Shown here piece by piece: positions 53,601 through 60,670 of a stretch of DNA of 64,000 nt. The notes below the pieces were generated by a model. The model did no database searches, had not been told where the DNA came from, and saw nothing but the letters and a program-made list of their open reading frames with translations. How positions within the stretch are numbered: position 1 is the first letter of the stretch; every line of letters starts with the position of its first letter. The position numbers were made by a program, and so were the translations under genes. The stretch comes from Phallusia mammillata (Eukaryota), in assembly GCA_965637545.1 (NCBI GenBank), contig OZ281495.1, forward strand, positions 13,516,001 through 13,580,000. Reading direction: 5' to 3'.

Positions 53601-55480
53601 TTTGAATCAAACACAACAACATAATTTCAAAAAATTATAAAATGTTTTGTGACTTGCTCATTTCTCCCTATATTTTGTGACTTGCCCACTTCAGGTTTTT
53701 CATGTGTTGTTTGTTTGTTTTCGTAACATTTACACAATATACCTAACCTCAAGCAAATGGAATCTATCATACAAAACTGTAAACGATTTATATCTTGGAT
53801 TTTTAGCACCGACTTACCACGCATCTTCCATCGATGCACATTCTTTGCAGTCCTCTGTTTGTGAGGGGTGTCTTCTTTCCTCGGGGCTTGCATTCCATTC
53901 CATCTGTGATTGTGGTGGAACGTCGGAGGAAGAATCGATGACCCCTTGCGCTGCAGTAAAGCTGACATGGACCACCTTGACAAAATAAGTGAAACACACT
54001 TGAGTGAGCCAATTTTAACTTCATGACAGACCAAAACCATCGTAACACTGACTATTCAGATTCTCAGAGAGACAAAAAGTATAAGGCTACCCACTTTCAC
54101 AAAACACCCAGAGGCAAGCGCTGCAATTCACAGAACCTCGAAGCCCCTTGTCTTGTCATGCATTGGTAAAAAACATTTTAGGCCTTTTTTGCACTTTTGC
54201 GTGGAGATTTTAGAACACCTAGGTCTTACCTCTGTCCATTGGCTCCCAAAAATACTTTTTTCCACCAAAGTCTCGCAGGTTGTATTCCGCGCATTGATCC
54301 ACGGTTGTAACCAACCTTCCATTGGGACAAGGCTGTTGAAAAGCCAGTGCTTACAAATTAGTCAATCAAAATGTAAACAGATAGGCCAGTTAAAATTTTC
54401 TGGTGTCATTTTGTCTTACACCAGAAAGATCTAGATAAAATTAAAAATTTGCTGCTTTACAAAATCACTTAAAATCATATTTTGCCATATTTAAGTTTGG
54501 CCGCTTTCGACTTAATGTGAGAAACTTACTCAATTGAAATGTGTCGGTTTGAGGTTTTGTAAAAACGTGGAAAAATCATAATACCACCTACCTGGCGATT
54601 ACAAGGTTGATATCTTTTGTTCGATCCCAAGCATTCCTCATTGTTCATGGCAACATCCCTAAAACAACAAGTCAATGTTGTAGTCAAAAATGAGAACTGA
54701 ATTGACTGCTCACAAAAACCTCTTTAATTTTAAATGGTAACACAATGACTTTCATATATACACGGTTTCAAACTTTTACCAACAGGAAGACAATACAAAG
54801 ATTCACAAGTAATCTACTATTGAACATGCTATTTCAAACACTATATCAGCAGTTCAGATCATTATCAGCGTTCATGAAAATATACCACATAAACAATATT
54901 ATTTTCGAAGTGTTTAACAGTATTATAACTATAAAATTAATAAATGTCACCCGTTAGTGTTGCGACTTCGCTGACAACGACGAAATTGCTCTCTAACGCC
55001 ACCTCCACATGTGCGGGAGCATGACGTCCATCTGCTCCATAGACTCCATCCGCTAAGTGGCGTACCTGATTGACTTTGACCCTGAATTAAACATTTAAAG
55101 TAGAAAAAAGACTAATACGATGATTCGCACTGAGAAATAAAACAGGTAACGGATAACCAACATATTAAACTGCCAAAGATTTGCAAAAGAGCTGTGATTG
55201 AGAAAGTGTGTTTTAGGAAATGTAGATTTTTACATAAAATTTGGTTTTCTGAATAACCCTTCTGCGAATCTTAAGCACGATAAACGTAAATCGTAGTCAA
55301 CGTAACTTAAACAGCTGTATCGGTTATTTGTTGTCTGATTTGGTGTTCGGCGGTACCAAGATGATAAACAGAGATCATTGTACTTACATTTACATTCTGG
55401 TTTGGCTGGTTACCTTGCGCAGATATACACATGATCAGCCCCAATATCCAGGCCAGCATCAGAACGAAGTTTCCTTCCAT
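5554..55480 (-). CDS. THSD4/ADAMTSL4-like: Whole gene span: secreted ADAMTS-like protein (THSD4/ADAMTSL6-ADAMTSL4 family), 16 coding exons, 852 aa
   Basis: Exon lengths 93+131+67+103+158+94+111+185+457+127+208+171+168+195+145+146 = 2559 nt. All introns are GT-AG and all phases are compatible. Architecture SP-TSR-CysRich-spacer-linker-6xTSR-PLAC with no HExxH catalytic domain. Confidence 0.92.
7073..7217 (-). CDS. THSD4/ADAMTSL4-like: ADAMTSL exon 15: TSR7
   Basis: tccttacag|TGC; CTASCNGGTRSRDVQCLDEHGDYSDLCAANERPRDSERCNTANCVSVH+G|gtaagt. Confidence 0.93.
7683..7877 (-). CDS. THSD4/ADAMTSL4-like: ADAMTSL exon 14: TSR6 and start of TSR7
   Basis: tttttgcag|TGC; CSSNCGAGVQERRVVC...PCNTQSCGSRWYHTQWTE|gtagtt; 195 nt, phase 0-0. 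Confidence 0.93.
11809..11976 (-). CDS. THSD4/ADAMTSL4-like: ADAMTSL exon 13: TSR5 and start of TSR6
   Basis: ttctccgcag|TGT; CSSDCDRGVQRRNVHC...CARTSCGIKYEWFAGKWGS|gtaagt; 168 nt, phase 0-0. Confidence 0.93.
12271..12441 (-). CDS. THSD4/ADAMTSL4-like: ADAMTSL exon 12: TSR4 and start of TSR5
   Basis: ttctatcag|TGC; CNVKCATGSQTRRTEC...CDAGPCVTKWFVTKWRE|gtaatt; 171 nt, phase 0-0. Confidence 0.93.
12713..12920 (-). CDS. THSD4/ADAMTSL4-like: ADAMTSL exon 11: TSR3 and start of TSR4
   Basis: cgtcacag|C; (F)YDVGSWSECSRSCGMGRKTRRVIC...CQIQECARWEVTGEWSK|gtgagc; 208 nt, phase 2-0. Confidence 0.93.
12980..13106 (-). CDS. THSD4/ADAMTSL4-like: ADAMTSL exon 10: remainder of TSR2
   Basis: tgtttaaag|GA; (G)VKIQRFVCLVQSTRQVLDDSQCVGPKPKPKIKQCNSQPCPP+TT|gtaagt; 127 nt, phase 1-2; not in the ORF track; followed by a 59-bp intron. 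Confidence 0.9.
13370..13826 (-). CDS. THSD4/ADAMTSL4-like: ADAMTSL exon 9: end of spacer, Pro/Arg-rich linker, start of TSR2
   Basis: aatttcag|GTG; VFYQGSHPGIRYEFIIP (spacer end)...AWTKRGYGPCSQSCAQ+G|gtatgt; 457 nt, phase 0-1. Confidence 0.92.
15169..15219. repeat. Two-copy direct repeat, 25-bp unit with period 26
   Basis: ggcttgttcaagtcgttgcacccga at 15169-15193 and again at 15195-15219. Confidence 0.9.
17374..17558 (-). CDS. THSD4/ADAMTSL4-like: ADAMTSL exon 8: spacer domain
   Basis: tatttttcag|CC; (A)LRSANPGKTMYVN...YLIAGTTFTYDRP...ESLIGDGPTNEPLEVL|gtaagt; typical ADAMTS spacer motifs; 185 nt, phase 1-0. Confidence 0.93.
21814..21881. repeat. Imperfect AT-rich tandem duplication, period 40
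   Basis: acgatttaacgaaaattatttttttgctg and acgatttaactaaaattattttttgctg. Confidence 0.75.
23012..23122 (-). CDS. THSD4/ADAMTSL4-like: ADAMTSL exon 7: start of spacer
   Basis: aaattttcag|GA; (G)HYRFQPATNGFHLVKVIPAGAKFIHITEEGRSPSYL+G|gtaaga; IPAGA motif; 111 nt, phase 1-1. Confidence 0.93.
23257..23350 (-). CDS. THSD4/ADAMTSL4-like: ADAMTSL exon 6: second half (CB) of the Cys-rich module
   Basis: tttgttttag|GTT; VVGCDGQIASGMKVDKCGECGGKGASCSYRD+G|gtaagg; canonical GCD...DKCG.CGG...C; not in the ORF track. Confidence 0.93.
23497..23719. mobile_element. Non-autonomous hAT (Charlie-type) MITE, 223 bp
   Basis: Left end cagtggttatcaac and right end gttgagaaccaatg (12/14 inverted match), resembling the CAGTGGTTCTCAAC terminal repeat of Charlie-type hATs. 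Flanking 8-mers tgttaagg and tattaagt match 6/8, consistent with an aged 8-bp TSD. Confidence 0.65.
25120..25212 (-). other. Weak candidate alternative signal-peptide first exon (SP3) of the ADAMTSL gene
   Basis: MFVCWTIVTRFHSFFALLFPFVLLLLTQSTV then G|gttagg, a non-ideal phase-0 donor. The hydrophobicity may simply reflect T-rich DNA. Confidence 0.3.
34773..34817 (-). CDS. Candidate 45-nt (or 42-nt) phase-0 microexon inside the large ADAMTSL intron
   Basis: gttcttctgcttctccag|CAG|TCATGC...CCTCCG|gtaagt. Strong pyrimidine tract, NAGNAG acceptor and perfect donor; open frame QSCSFANDIEVLDPP. Confidence 0.55.
37930..38180 (+). mobile_element. Possible decayed LINE ORF2 C-terminal remnant
   Basis: Short open stretch LQLWLHTLSERIHCKILKSENYPLKELISQR loosely resembles the L..L..RR...KI.....HPL..L motif of L2/CR1-group LINE C-termini (from recall). 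No intact RT motifs seen. Confidence 0.2.
44902..45066 (-). CDS. Candidate alternative first coding exon (SP2), a signal peptide inside the 30-kb ADAMTSL intron
   Basis: acagtcATGG start with an in-frame TGA five codons upstream. MAVKVLVLVLFATSLCTG-YRLESINNFLHPDKSFLNGNWTPVVRKLPVERFIYKP|gtaagt; 165 nt, phase-0 donor matching the phase-0 acceptors at 34817 and 23350. Confidence 0.7.
50000..50150 (+). mobile_element. Possible decayed L1/Tx1-type LINE remnant
   Basis: WKRVYGAGFKSRPQTRGLGVRNISYKDIRYLLK resembles the W....PK..GGLG+.D....N.ALLLK motif downstream of the L1/Tx1 RT (from recall); a stop lies just upstream. Confidence 0.2.
52068..52157 (-). mobile_element. tRNA-Leu-like pseudogene or tRNA-derived SINE head
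   Basis: Minus strand GACAGGAACTTGGCTGAATGGCCTGTAGCGCCTGGCCCAAAA...CCAGGGGTGTCCTGGGTTCGAACCCCG. It has an A-box-like TGGCTGAATGG, B box GGTTCGAACCC and a CCTGG/CCAGG stem enclosing CAA. The 3' acceptor strand is missing and an AT-rich repetitive tail follows (about 51985-52067). Confidence 0.6.
53818..53975 (-). CDS. THSD4/ADAMTSL4-like: ADAMTSL exon 5: Cys-rich module CA, C-terminal part
   Basis: ttttgtcaag|GT; (G)GPCQLYCSARGHRFFLRRSTTITDGMECKPRGKKTPLTNRGLQRMCIDGRCV|gtaagt; C..YC, DG..C and MC+.G.C motifs; phase 1-0, joins to VVGCD at 23350. Confidence 0.93.
54230..54332 (-). CDS. THSD4/ADAMTSL4-like: ADAMTSL exon 4: end of TSR1 and start of Cys-rich module
   Basis: cttttcaacag|CCT; PCPNGRLVTTVDQCAEYNLRDFGGKKYFWEPMDR+G|gtaaga; QC..Y...F....Y.W.P motif. 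Confidence 0.92.
54592..54658 (-). CDS. THSD4/ADAMTSL4-like: ADAMTSL exon 3: second half of TSR1
   Basis: ttgttgttttag|G; (G)DVAMNNEECLGSNKRYQPCNRQ|gtaggt; 67 nt, phase 2-0; not in the ORF track. Confidence 0.9.
54951..55081 (-). CDS. THSD4/ADAMTSL4-like: ADAMTSL exon 2: first half of TSR1
   Basis: ttaattcag|GGT; GQSQSGTPLSGWSLWSRWTSCSRTCGGGVREQFRRCQRSRNTN+GG|gtgaca; WxxWxxW-CSRTCGGG; not in the ORF track. Confidence 0.93.
55388..55480 (-). CDS. THSD4/ADAMTSL4-like: ADAMTSL coding exon 1: signal peptide (SP1)
   Basis: tttgcgtttgcag|ATG; MEGNFVLMLAWILGLIMCISAQGNQPNQNVN|gtaagt; phase 0 matches exon 2. Confidence 0.88.
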
Positions 55481-58400
55481 CTGCAAACGCAAAAGTGTAC
55501 GATTTCATATTCGAATAACGTTGCCAAAAATTTGACCCAAGGTATACTTGGAGCTTGATAGTGACGCCATGCCAACAATGCACATCGACATATTCTTCCA
55601 TATTTGCGAAAAATCGCAGTCGATGACTGACCCTCGGAAGTCATAGCACCGTCAACTCGTCTCGTGTGGCCAGTCGGGCCGTCTGGAACCGCGGGATCAG
55701 GGCCAACGATACGGTTCACCGGTTTGAGCGAAAATGACCCGATACGCAATCGAGCGTGGTATCCGGCTTAAGGTTAGTCACACACGATGTACTTCAAGTA
55801 CCTTTTTCCGCTCCGCAAGTGCTTATCACTTGAACATAATTTTGAACATTCGAAAACGTGCGGCAAAGTGTTGATAATGCACAAAGTGTATGACTTTACA
55901 TCGCGGCTTTTTTAAGTGGGAAACAAATCACACTTATCCATTACACATTAAAATTGGGCACGATTTGCAACGTAAGCTATGATTGCAACGCTTCACCTTT
56001 AAGTCAGCTGTCGTTTGAAGGTTAAATTAAACAAAAAATCAATTATTTGAAACATTTAAACAAAGTTGACTTTAAAATTTGTCAAAAAGACTTAATCTGA
56101 TTGACAGGAAAGGTATTTGAATCTAATGGTGATGACTCAGTTAATGTGAATTTAACGAGCTGTCAATCACAGAATGTGGTTTCGCGTCGCATGCAACATT
56201 TTCAAGGTTGGCGAACAAGTCATATGACACATATCGAAACACAAATACGAGTAATCAAAGAGGCGCCGTTGAACCTAGAACGGGTGCTAAATCTCTTCAA
56301 ATTATTGCGTTCATAGTGAGACACGGAACGAGTGTTAGGTGTCGCATAGCCCCGGGGGTCAAACTCACACGAGTTGTGTGCAAACTTGATCTCTATCTTC
56401 ACACGGAGCTGCCTAATCCGCAAATCCTACTCAGTTTGAAAATCAACACTGTAAAATAATATCCTGAACCTAACGCGAAACTTGGGTAATTGTTTTCCCG
56501 GGACTTGAATGCAGGTAAAGGGAGCATAATTCATGACTGTATTAATGTTGTTAAATCTTGATCAAACGATAACATACAAAGGGCCGTACAGAAGTCAAGT
56601 CTATTAAATACAGTCTTGCTTTGTTACTCAGTAAGTTTTCGTACCTTTTAATTTAACCAATTTACAATATTGTAGACAAATGTTACAGTGTCAAACGCAC
56701 TGTGTAAAGTGCCAGTAAATTAACCGTATTTGGTAATCTTGTGCTATTGGTAATTCATTGAATCTAGCTTGGGGTGGTGTGCAAAATGTCTGAAACAATG
56801 AGTAAATGGATTACGAATTCGGAAAATGCTGTCTAGAGCACGTTTCCATATTTAACCTTGAGTTCGCGACAAAATTCCGGCTACTGCACACAAACGTCGC
56901 TATCATTGGCTCGAATCCAAAATCAAAAGGGCTTTTACGGATCCTTTAAAAGATTAATCTAGAATTGCTCAACATGGGGTTAATCATAGTGTTTAAACTC
57001 ACACCGTAATAATTTCAAAGCATTAATAATCTTTCGTGCCAAGTAATGCTTATATGTATGCAGCTGTGGTTTATCGTCCGCAAGGATTAGTGTGACGGTC
57101 AAAAAGTGATTTGTAGGAATTAGCAAGTTAGATAAGAGCTACGTGAATGTGCAGGTTGTACAAATACCGACCGGTCTTTAATCTTAGTTCGGATGCTAAA
57201 CCAAATAAACGTAATTTTCAAGCTCGGTGCACCTGCGCACGCAATCACATTGAGCACATTTTTTTTAACTGCCGGCGTCATATGAGCAAAGATGTAATGA
57301 TCATTGGTTTATTTCAAAAAATTCTGCACCGTGAGTTTTTTTTATCTTACTAATTTGTATTACGAGCCTCACACGAAAACGTGACATTTTATCAAAAGAT
57401 TTTATCAAAATATCAGCACAACCAACCATAATGATCCATTGTGATCTAGAGGGGAATTAAACTTCACTTAGTGGGCTGGAATATTTACCAGCAGTTTGAT
57501 AGATTTACATTTTAAGTACACGATGAATGCGATAAACCAACCAGTAACACCCGTATTGTAAAGTTTGCCCCGAATATAACCTTTTATGGATCGTTGATAC
57601 ACGCGTTTTAACTTTCCTCTGTGCTAAGGGCACTGCCAGATGGTAACCAGTTCGTTATTTTATTCAGTTTTTATGTTTCTTTCACATTTGTTTTGCACTA
57701 TTCATTAAAATACTCGCTTTTACAAAATATACATCAAGACATTTTTAATATTACATTGATGCTAACACTATCGCTATTACCTTATGCGACTTGATACTGC
57801 TGATTTGACCTTAACATTTTACTAGTTATGTCCATTTAAAAAGCCCGTTTGTTGAAAAAAGCATACAATATATGTAGGCTAACACCAACGCAAATTCAGG
57901 TAATTGTGGTTTGCAGTACAAATGCGAACTCGGTTTCCCTGAATGTTTCGCTGGATATTTGGTTGACAGCTGAAGGCGTTTGTGGTTAAGTGCAAACCCT
58001 TTTATGGAATGCGTACGTAAGCATCGATGATGGAGGGTTCATTTGTTATGGTCTGCCACGACACACTGGTATTTGGCTCAAACTTTGCAGTTTGTTTTGT
58101 CGGTAAAGCTAATCTGGAACGAAGCAACGCAGCTTAGAATAGCGAAAATGATCAATTGATCTACTACATCAAACGTGGCTTCAAACCCAATCCGGTCTTT
58201 CATCGGTTTTACACAAAATCAACACCTTTAAAGGAGATGCAAGGCAAAAATTCCACTGGGAATTCCTGGCCATGCCTTTAAACCAGTTTAACAAATGTGA
58301 AGTATAAACGCAAATCTTACCTTTCTACCTTCGAAGTGTATCTTGCAATCAACAAATATGATGACAAGTGAGTGTCAGTATACGATCACAGAGTTGAAGG

Positions 58401-60627
58401 GCAGCACTGCTGGTATTTTCCGAATTGCCTGAATCTGTTTGATCTGGACTACTTCGCTCTGTCAACGTCAGAGTTCAAAGGTTGCGGTGACTTTAGATTA
58501 AGTTTCCTAAAGATTTTTGATCAGCAGCAAGCGTGTTAGATCCAAATCCCTAAAGTTTTACACATGCCACCTGCACGGTAAAAAAGGTTGTGTCACATCC
58601 ATGTGGAAGCGCAAATTCCCCCACAGTTAATCCTCTAAAGGTCTACTTTAAAGTTATTCAATCGGAAACATTCTTTGGCAAATCTGCGATCTAAATTACC
58701 AAATTAGGAAGAAGAACGAAAAAATAATGAGAAACGAGAATGATTAATACATCATGGGCTACGAGTTTAAATAGAGACGGAAAAGGGGCAACAACGGTTC
58801 AATATAGATTGATGAATAGAAAAATATACGTAACGAAGGCACTCTGGAAATCCCAGGTTTTACTTCCGTTTTCCACATACTACGGTTAGCGTAAGTAGTT
58901 TCTCTAGTTTGTTTGTTAAGTTTTGACAAAATATCGCGAAAATACCTCGGTGTTCACCAGCTGACGCTGACAGTATAAAAAATTGTAAAACCTTGAAACA
59001 ATTTAAAACTATTTGCGAATATTTTGGTATGATTATTCCTGCTAAGAATGTTGAAAAACTTGTACATTACTGCAGCAAAAAAAATATTTACATGACGATT
59101 TGAAACAGTAATAACACAACTTTCTGTACCGCTTTTTAGAATTTGCTGAAACACCAATTTAAACGTTATGCAAATCACCTAATAAAATATCAAATCACGA
59201 TAAGCGTATTACATGGTAGTACAGTTCAAATATACGATCGTCCATCAAAAAAGTAAATGGTACGGAATAAAATCTCCTTTACAGTCAACAGCACAAAGCT
59301 TCTTGAAATCATAAAACCGGTCTTGATTATAAAGTGCCTGTTTAACGTGGGCTCTAAAACTTGTGACCTAATACACATATCTAACCTCTTTGAGTCAGAT
59401 AACCAAGACAACCATTTCTCCCCTTGGCAGAGACGCTACCTCATCTATATTACGCGTAACTCAATTTACTTCGGGCGAAAAGCGGCCTTGGGCTTATGTG
59501 AACGTGATGAACGTAGCACGCCGTTGTGTGCTACTCACCGCGGGAAGGCAAACACTGTGAAGAGGTGTTCATCACCGCAAATATACAGAGCTCTAGCATG
59601 TATTTTCAGGTTCGTAAAAAAAGAATCAACACGCCGTAATTATAGGGTCATAAACAACAAGCACTTAAGAGTCCTTTATCGGGCATTAGTGATTAGCGGC
59701 TATTTCCGACATGCCGACCACATGAATGGGATGGGAAAACAGAGCAAAACCCACAGATAGTTGACCGTTAGTTGAACACATGTCCCATGAAACTACATGG
59801 ACTTTGTTCAAGTGGTATTTCTAACGTCCGAAATGTCAACTGAAATCAAACGGAACCGAAAGCAAGGCGTTAGATTCAAGCTTCTTCAATTGTGCGCGAA
59901 ATTGTCAAGGGAATTCGGGCGGAAAATGTCAGTGTTTTCACGACAAACTGAGCAACAGAACTGTAACAAACTGGGAGATGAACGCATTTTCTGTGTTTCG
60001 CGCTCAAACCTAGAAGTTACACCAGTAAATGGTATTTCACCCAAACATGGAAATGTATGACACTTTAATATAGCAATCTCAAACAATAGTTGAAAAGCAG
60101 TTTGTTAAAATGCATTTTCGCTAAATATTGCAAAGTTACCTGACTAGGCAAATTCCTCGCTTACATTTTGAATTATTTCAACAGTTAAATTGTAAATAAA
60201 AAATAATATACGTCGACGAGACGATTTTAAAAATAGGAACCTACACAGGACAATAAACAACCAACAAACTGGGGTCAAAAGGTGCTATATAGGACATAAA
60301 AGGGCATAGCAGGTATAATTACTATACGTTACTCAAAGTTCAACCACCAATCTACAACCTTTGGACCCTGACAAACAACTTCATCGTAGCCCAGTATGAC
60401 GTACGACCACAACAACGTCACTTACACTTCCAAAATACTATACATAACATTGACTTCGAGATACTGTCTCGGGTTATAGTCAACTCATTAGCTGGTATTT
60501 GAACCCAGGTTATATACATATTTACCACCAACTTTCTACATAAGCAATTTGTCTCGATCCAATTTCCAAATGTAACACCTTTTAAACGTAAGTTAATGAA
60601 ATGGAAAGCAATGAGCTAGATTTCGAA

Positions 60628-60670
60628 TCAAGTGCCTTTGGGTTGGATTCGTCTACCCAAAGGCACTTGA
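60628..60670. repeat. Perfect 16-bp inverted repeat (hairpin) with an 11-nt loop
   Basis: tcaagtgcctttgggt (60628-60643) and acccaaaggcacttga (60655-60670) are exact reverse complements. Confidence 0.9.

Noticed and set aside
53627-54040. ORF-track frames 53814..53999 and 53627..54040 as the exon product
   Set aside because: These are alternate frames of exon 5. Only the GPCQLYC...CIDGRCV frame fits the splice phases and the Cys-rich motif.
5554-55480. Calling the gene an ADAMTS protease
   Set aside because: The exons join SP directly to TSR1 in phase, with no prodomain, HExxH metalloprotease or disintegrin-like domain.
59257-59760. 167-aa plus-strand ORF
   Set aside because: No recognisable family or splice context; likely a chance ORF.
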